Positions 16,928 through 20,000 of a stretch of 20,000 bases of DNA are shown one piece after another (within the stretch, counting starts at the first letter, position 1; each line of letters begins with the position of its first letter). The position numbers were made by a program, and so were the translations under genes. Source of the stretch: Occultella glacieicola. GTDB taxonomy: Bacteria > Actinomycetota > Actinomycetes > Actinomycetales > Beutenbergiaceae. The notes below the pieces were generated by a model. It searched no databases. It worked only from the letters and a program-made list of their open reading frames with translations, and had not been told where the DNA came from. The stretch covers positions 109,710 to 129,709 of the forward strand of contig NZ_SMNA01000015.1 in NCBI RefSeq assembly GCF_004353825.1, given 5' to 3'.

Positions 16928-17893
16928 TCAGCCCTGTGCGGCCTGGCGAGCCTCCCACGCCGTCGACACCATCTGCTCCAGCGAGTGACTCATCCGCCAG
17001 CCCAGGTCCCGCGTGGCCGCCTCACCGGAGGCGACGATCCGCGCCGGGTCCCCGGGCCGGCGCTCGGCGATCGTCGGCTCGAACGGGATCCGCGTGACCT
17101 GCGCCATCGTGTCCATGATCTGCCGCACCGAGACGCCGTCGCCGCTGCCCAGGTTGTACACGGGCAGCAGGTCCCGGCCCTGCGCCAGCGCCTTGGCGGC
17201 GCTCACGTGTGCCTCCGCCAGGTCCGCGACGTGGATGTAGTCGCGCACGCAGGTGCCGTCCGGGGTCGCGTAGTCGGTGCCGTTGATCCGGGGCGTGCGG
17301 CCCTGCGCGAGGGCCTCGAGCACGAGCGGGAACAGGTTGTGCGGGGAGGTGTCCCGCAACTCCGGGGTCCCGGACCCGACCACGTTGAAGTACCGCAGGG
17401 ACGTGTGCCGCAGGTCGGTGGCGCGGCCCTGGTCGGCGAGAAGCCACTCACCGATCAGCTTGGACTCCCCGTACGGCGACTCCGGGCGGGTGGGCGTCGC
17501 CTCGGTGACGAGGTCGACGTCCGGCGTCCCGTAGGTGGCCGCGGAGGAGGAGAACACGATGGCCTCGACCCCGGCGCGCTGCATCGCCTCCAGGACCGAC
17601 ACGGTCCCGGTGACGTTCTGCGTGTAGGTGTGCAGCGGCCGCTGCACCGACACCCCGGCGTACTTGAAGCCGGCCACGTGGACCACGCCGATGCAGTTGT
17701 GCTCCTCGAGGGTGCGGGCGACCACGTCGGTCTCGAGGATCGACGCCCGGACGAATGGGACGCCGTCGGGCACGAACTCCTCGTGGCCGCTGGACAGGTC
17801 GTCGAGGACGACCACCTCGATCCGGGCGTTCCGGAACGCCCGGACCACATGGGCGCCGATGTAGCCGGCGCCGCCGGTCACCAACCAGGTCAT
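16928..17893 (-). CDS. galE: UDP-glucose 4-epimerase-like extended SDR
   Basis: WLVTGGAGYIG, FSSSAATYG, YGESK (YxxxK), LRYFNVVG, DGTCVRDYIHVADLA, RRPGDP. Confidence 0.9.
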   Translation of the reverse strand: MTWLVTGGAGYIGAHVVRAFRNARIEVVVLDDLSSGHEEFVPDGVPFVRASILETDVVARTLEEHNCIGVVHVAGFKYAGVSVQRPLHTYTQNVTGTVSVLEAMQRAGVEAIVFSSSAATYGTPDVDLVTEATPTRPESPYGESKLIGEWLLADQGRATDLRHTSLRYFNVVGSGTPELRDTSPHNLFPLVLEALAQGRTPRINGTDYATPDGTCVRDYIHVADLAEAHVSAAKALAQGRDLLPVYNLGSGDGVSVRQIMDTMAQVTRIPFEPTIAERRPGDPARIVASGEAATRDLGWRMSHSLEQMVSTAWEARQAAQG

Positions 17894-18669
17894 CGCCGAG
17901 CCTCCTCGGGAGAGGTGTCGAAGGCTGGCAGGTCCACGGCGTCGGCGTCATGGAAGTGTGAGCGCAGCAGGGACATCGTGGCCCAGCCGCGGGCGAGGTA
18001 GCCGGCGTCGGTGTCCTCCTCGAAGTGCACGTCGTGCGCGGCGAACGGGCGGAACAGCAGCTTGTCGATCTGGCGGTTCACGAGGTCGGTGTCGACGTCG
18101 AACGTGGCCAGCCGCGCCGCCCGGAGCCCCCGCAACTCGGCCACCGGGACGTCCGGGATGTTCACGTTCAGCACACGCGCGTCCTGCGGCCGGCTCGTGA
18201 ACCACTCGAACGCCCGGGTGAGGACCTCGTGCGCGGTGTCCCAGTGCCGGGGGTGTTCGGCCGCGATCGAGGCGGCGAGCGCCGGGATGCCCTGCGCGGA
18301 CGCGGAGAAGGCCGCGCCGACGGTCCCGGAGTGGATCACCGCCGGCCCGACGTTCGGGCCGAGGTTGACGCCGGAGAGCAGCAGGTCGGGCCGCTCGCCG
18401 AAAGCGCCGAGACCGGCCGCGTAGGCGATCAGCGCCGGGCTCGCGTGCACCGCGACCGACTCGATCCCCTCGCGCAGGCCCTCCGGCCGGCCCGGCGAGC
18501 GCCGCACGCCGCCGTCCTCGCTCTCACCGCTCAGGGCGGCGCTGTACCCGGAGTACTGGCGGTTGGGGGCGGCGACGATCACGTCGTGACCGGCGTCCGC
18601 GGCGACGTGTGCCAGGGCCACCAATCCGGGTGAGTCGATGCCGTCGTCGTTCGTGATCAGGACCCGCAT
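17890..18669 (-). CDS. surE: 5'/3'-nucleotidase SurE (259 aa)
   Basis: MRVLITNDDGIDSPGL, VAAP...SG.S, SGVNLGPNVG, SGTVGAA, LNVNIP. SD GAGGGAG and a CATACT -10 upstream. 4-bp overlap with galE. Confidence 0.9.
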   Translation of the reverse strand: MRVLITNDDGIDSPGLVALAHVAADAGHDVIVAAPNRQYSGYSAALSGESEDGGVRRSPGRPEGLREGIESVAVHASPALIAYAAGLGAFGERPDLLLSGVNLGPNVGPAVIHSGTVGAAFSASAQGIPALAASIAAEHPRHWDTAHEVLTRAFEWFTSRPQDARVLNVNIPDVPVAELRGLRAARLATFDVDTDLVNRQIDKLLFRPFAAHDVHFEEDTDAGYLARGWATMSLLRSHFHDADAVDLPAFDTSPEEARR

Positions 18670-18936
18670 CGCGGTGGGACTCCCTCGCAGTATGGCTGGT
18701 GGCGGGCCCGCGCTCAGCGCGGGCGCTTCCCCCATTCTGCCCCGCGCGCCGCGGTCGTGGGGTCCACGGTGCCGATGGTCGACGGCGGAACGCGCCCCGG
18801 GCGGGTCGGGTACCGCCCGCGTCGGGCCGGCCCGAACGGCGCGGGCGCCCGAGTTCCCGGGTGCCCGCGCCGACCGTGGTGGCTACGCTCGCCGTGGGCG
18901 CGTCGGCGCCCACACTCGATGAGGAGAGGCACCCCG

Positions 18937-19611
18937 ATGTCGACCACCGAAGAGATCCTCGACGCCGTCCCGATGGACCAGGTCGCCGCCCGGCTCGGCG
19001 TGGACCGTGCCACCGCCGAGCGCGCCACCCGGGCCGCGCTGCCCACGCTGCTCGCCGGCATGAACGCGAACGCCGCGGACCCGGCGGGCGCGCGCTCCCT
19101 CGCCGGTGCCATCTCCCACCATGACCCGGGCCTCGTCGAGGGTGGCGTCGACCTCGACCAGGTGGACACCGACGACGGCGCGAAGATCGTCCGGAACGTG
19201 TTCGGGCAGAACACCGACGCCGTCGTGAACACCCTGGCCAAGGCGGACTCGGGGTCGGACGGTGCCGGTTCGGCGGGCGCGGGCGGCCTCGGTGACCTGC
19301 TGCCCAAGTTGCTGCCGATCCTCGCCCCGATCGTGCTGTCCTTCCTGGCGAAGAAGTTCGGGCAGGGCGGCGGGGCCGCGGGTGAGGCGGGGTCCGGCGG
19401 CCTCGGCGACCTCCTCGGCGGTTTGCTCGGCGGCGCGGCCGGTGGTGCGGCCGGGTCCGGCGGTGCGGCCGGCGGTGCGGCCGGGTCCGGCGGTGACCTC
19501 GGGGACATCCTCGGCGGCTGGCTCGGCGGGTCCGGCGGCGGATCGGGCGCGGAGTCCGGTGGTGGCCTCGGGGATCTGCTCGGTGGCCTGCTCGGCGGTG
19601 GCAAGCGCTGA
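18937..19611 (+). CDS. DUF937-domain protein with a Gly-rich repetitive C-terminus (224 aa)
   Basis: SD GAGGAGAGG. Motifs ALPTLLAGM.ANA, DG.KIV.NVFG and KLLPILAPIVLSFLA, plus GGLGDLLGGLLGG repeats. Confidence 0.85.
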   Translation: MSTTEEILDAVPMDQVAARLGVDRATAERATRAALPTLLAGMNANAADPAGARSLAGAISHHDPGLVEGGVDLDQVDTDDGAKIVRNVFGQNTDAVVNTLAKADSGSDGAGSAGAGGLGDLLPKLLPILAPIVLSFLAKKFGQGGGAAGEAGSGGLGDLLGGLLGGAAGGAAGSGGAAGGAAGSGGDLGDILGGWLGGSGGGSGAESGGGLGDLLGGLLGGGKR

Positions 19612-19625
19612 CGCCTCCCGCCACT

Positions 19626-20000
19626 GCGGGTGATCCCCTCCGACCCAGCGCTACCCGTGCGCCAGCTCCTGCTGGCCCCGCGCCTCCCGCTCGCCAGCCC
19701 TCGCGCCGCCCGCGTAGGCCGCGTGCCGGTCCCCGCACTGCCCGCGGCTCGGCGCTGACCTAGTACCTGTCGCGTTGAGATCGCCGATATTGGGGTCCGA
19801 TCTCGACGTCGCGGGTGCTAGGTCAACGCGGTGACCCGCAGGCGACCCGCCCCCGCCCGTGCGCCAGCCCCGGCCGGCCCCGCGCCTCCCGCTCGCCGGC
19901 CCCCGCGCCGCAGGCGCTCCGGCTGACCGAGTAACAGTCGCCGTGTGATAGCCCATGGGGGGGGCCGCTCAAGACCCCGCAGGGCCTAGGTCAACGCGGG
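19626..20000. repeat. Degenerate tandem intergenic repeat (two copies visible) carrying a REP-like long hairpin
   Basis: 19654-19709 matches 19856-19911 at 51/56 positions (offset 202). GCTGACC occurs at 19754 and 19922, and CTAGGTCAACGCGG at 19818 and 19986 (offset 168). A 32-bp imperfect inverted repeat spans 19752-19829. Confidence 0.8.

Noticed and set aside
19651..19956. 101-aa minus-strand ORF
   Set aside because: It is a low-complexity G/R/A translation of the repeat region, with no recognisable domain.
19626..20000. CRISPR array interpretation of the terminal repeats
   Set aside because: Only two degenerate units are present, the period (168-202 bp) is far too long, the intervening sequence is itself repeated, and there are no cas genes in the window.

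Overview
High-GC actinobacterial chromosomal window; the gene content suggests Micrococcales, which is an inference. It is mostly core genome. In order it holds the 3' end of rsgA, a 1624-aa secreted multidomain nuclease (2x lamin-tail-like, OB, ExeM/NucH EEP nuclease, 5'-nucleotidase), a bacterial SCP-type protein, a membrane protein, an RNB ribonuclease, purF-purM, DUF3073, a DUF3618/holin-like pair, a MacB/LolD-type ABC pair, the tRNA-Glu/Asp/Phe cluster, a zincin, a surE-galE pair and a DUF937 protein. No mobile element, CRISPR array or defence system is visible. The most notable observations are: (i) three PHO-box-like pentamers at exact 11-bp spacing upstream of the nuclease/nucleotidase fusion; (ii) that protein's unusual Trp/Pro-rich amphipathic C-terminal tail, with no LPxTG; (iii) a degenerate tandem repeat (about 170-200 bp unit, containing a long imperfect hairpin) that runs to the right edge; (iv) several probable leaderless genes. 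Family assignments come from motif recognition by eye, not database searches.
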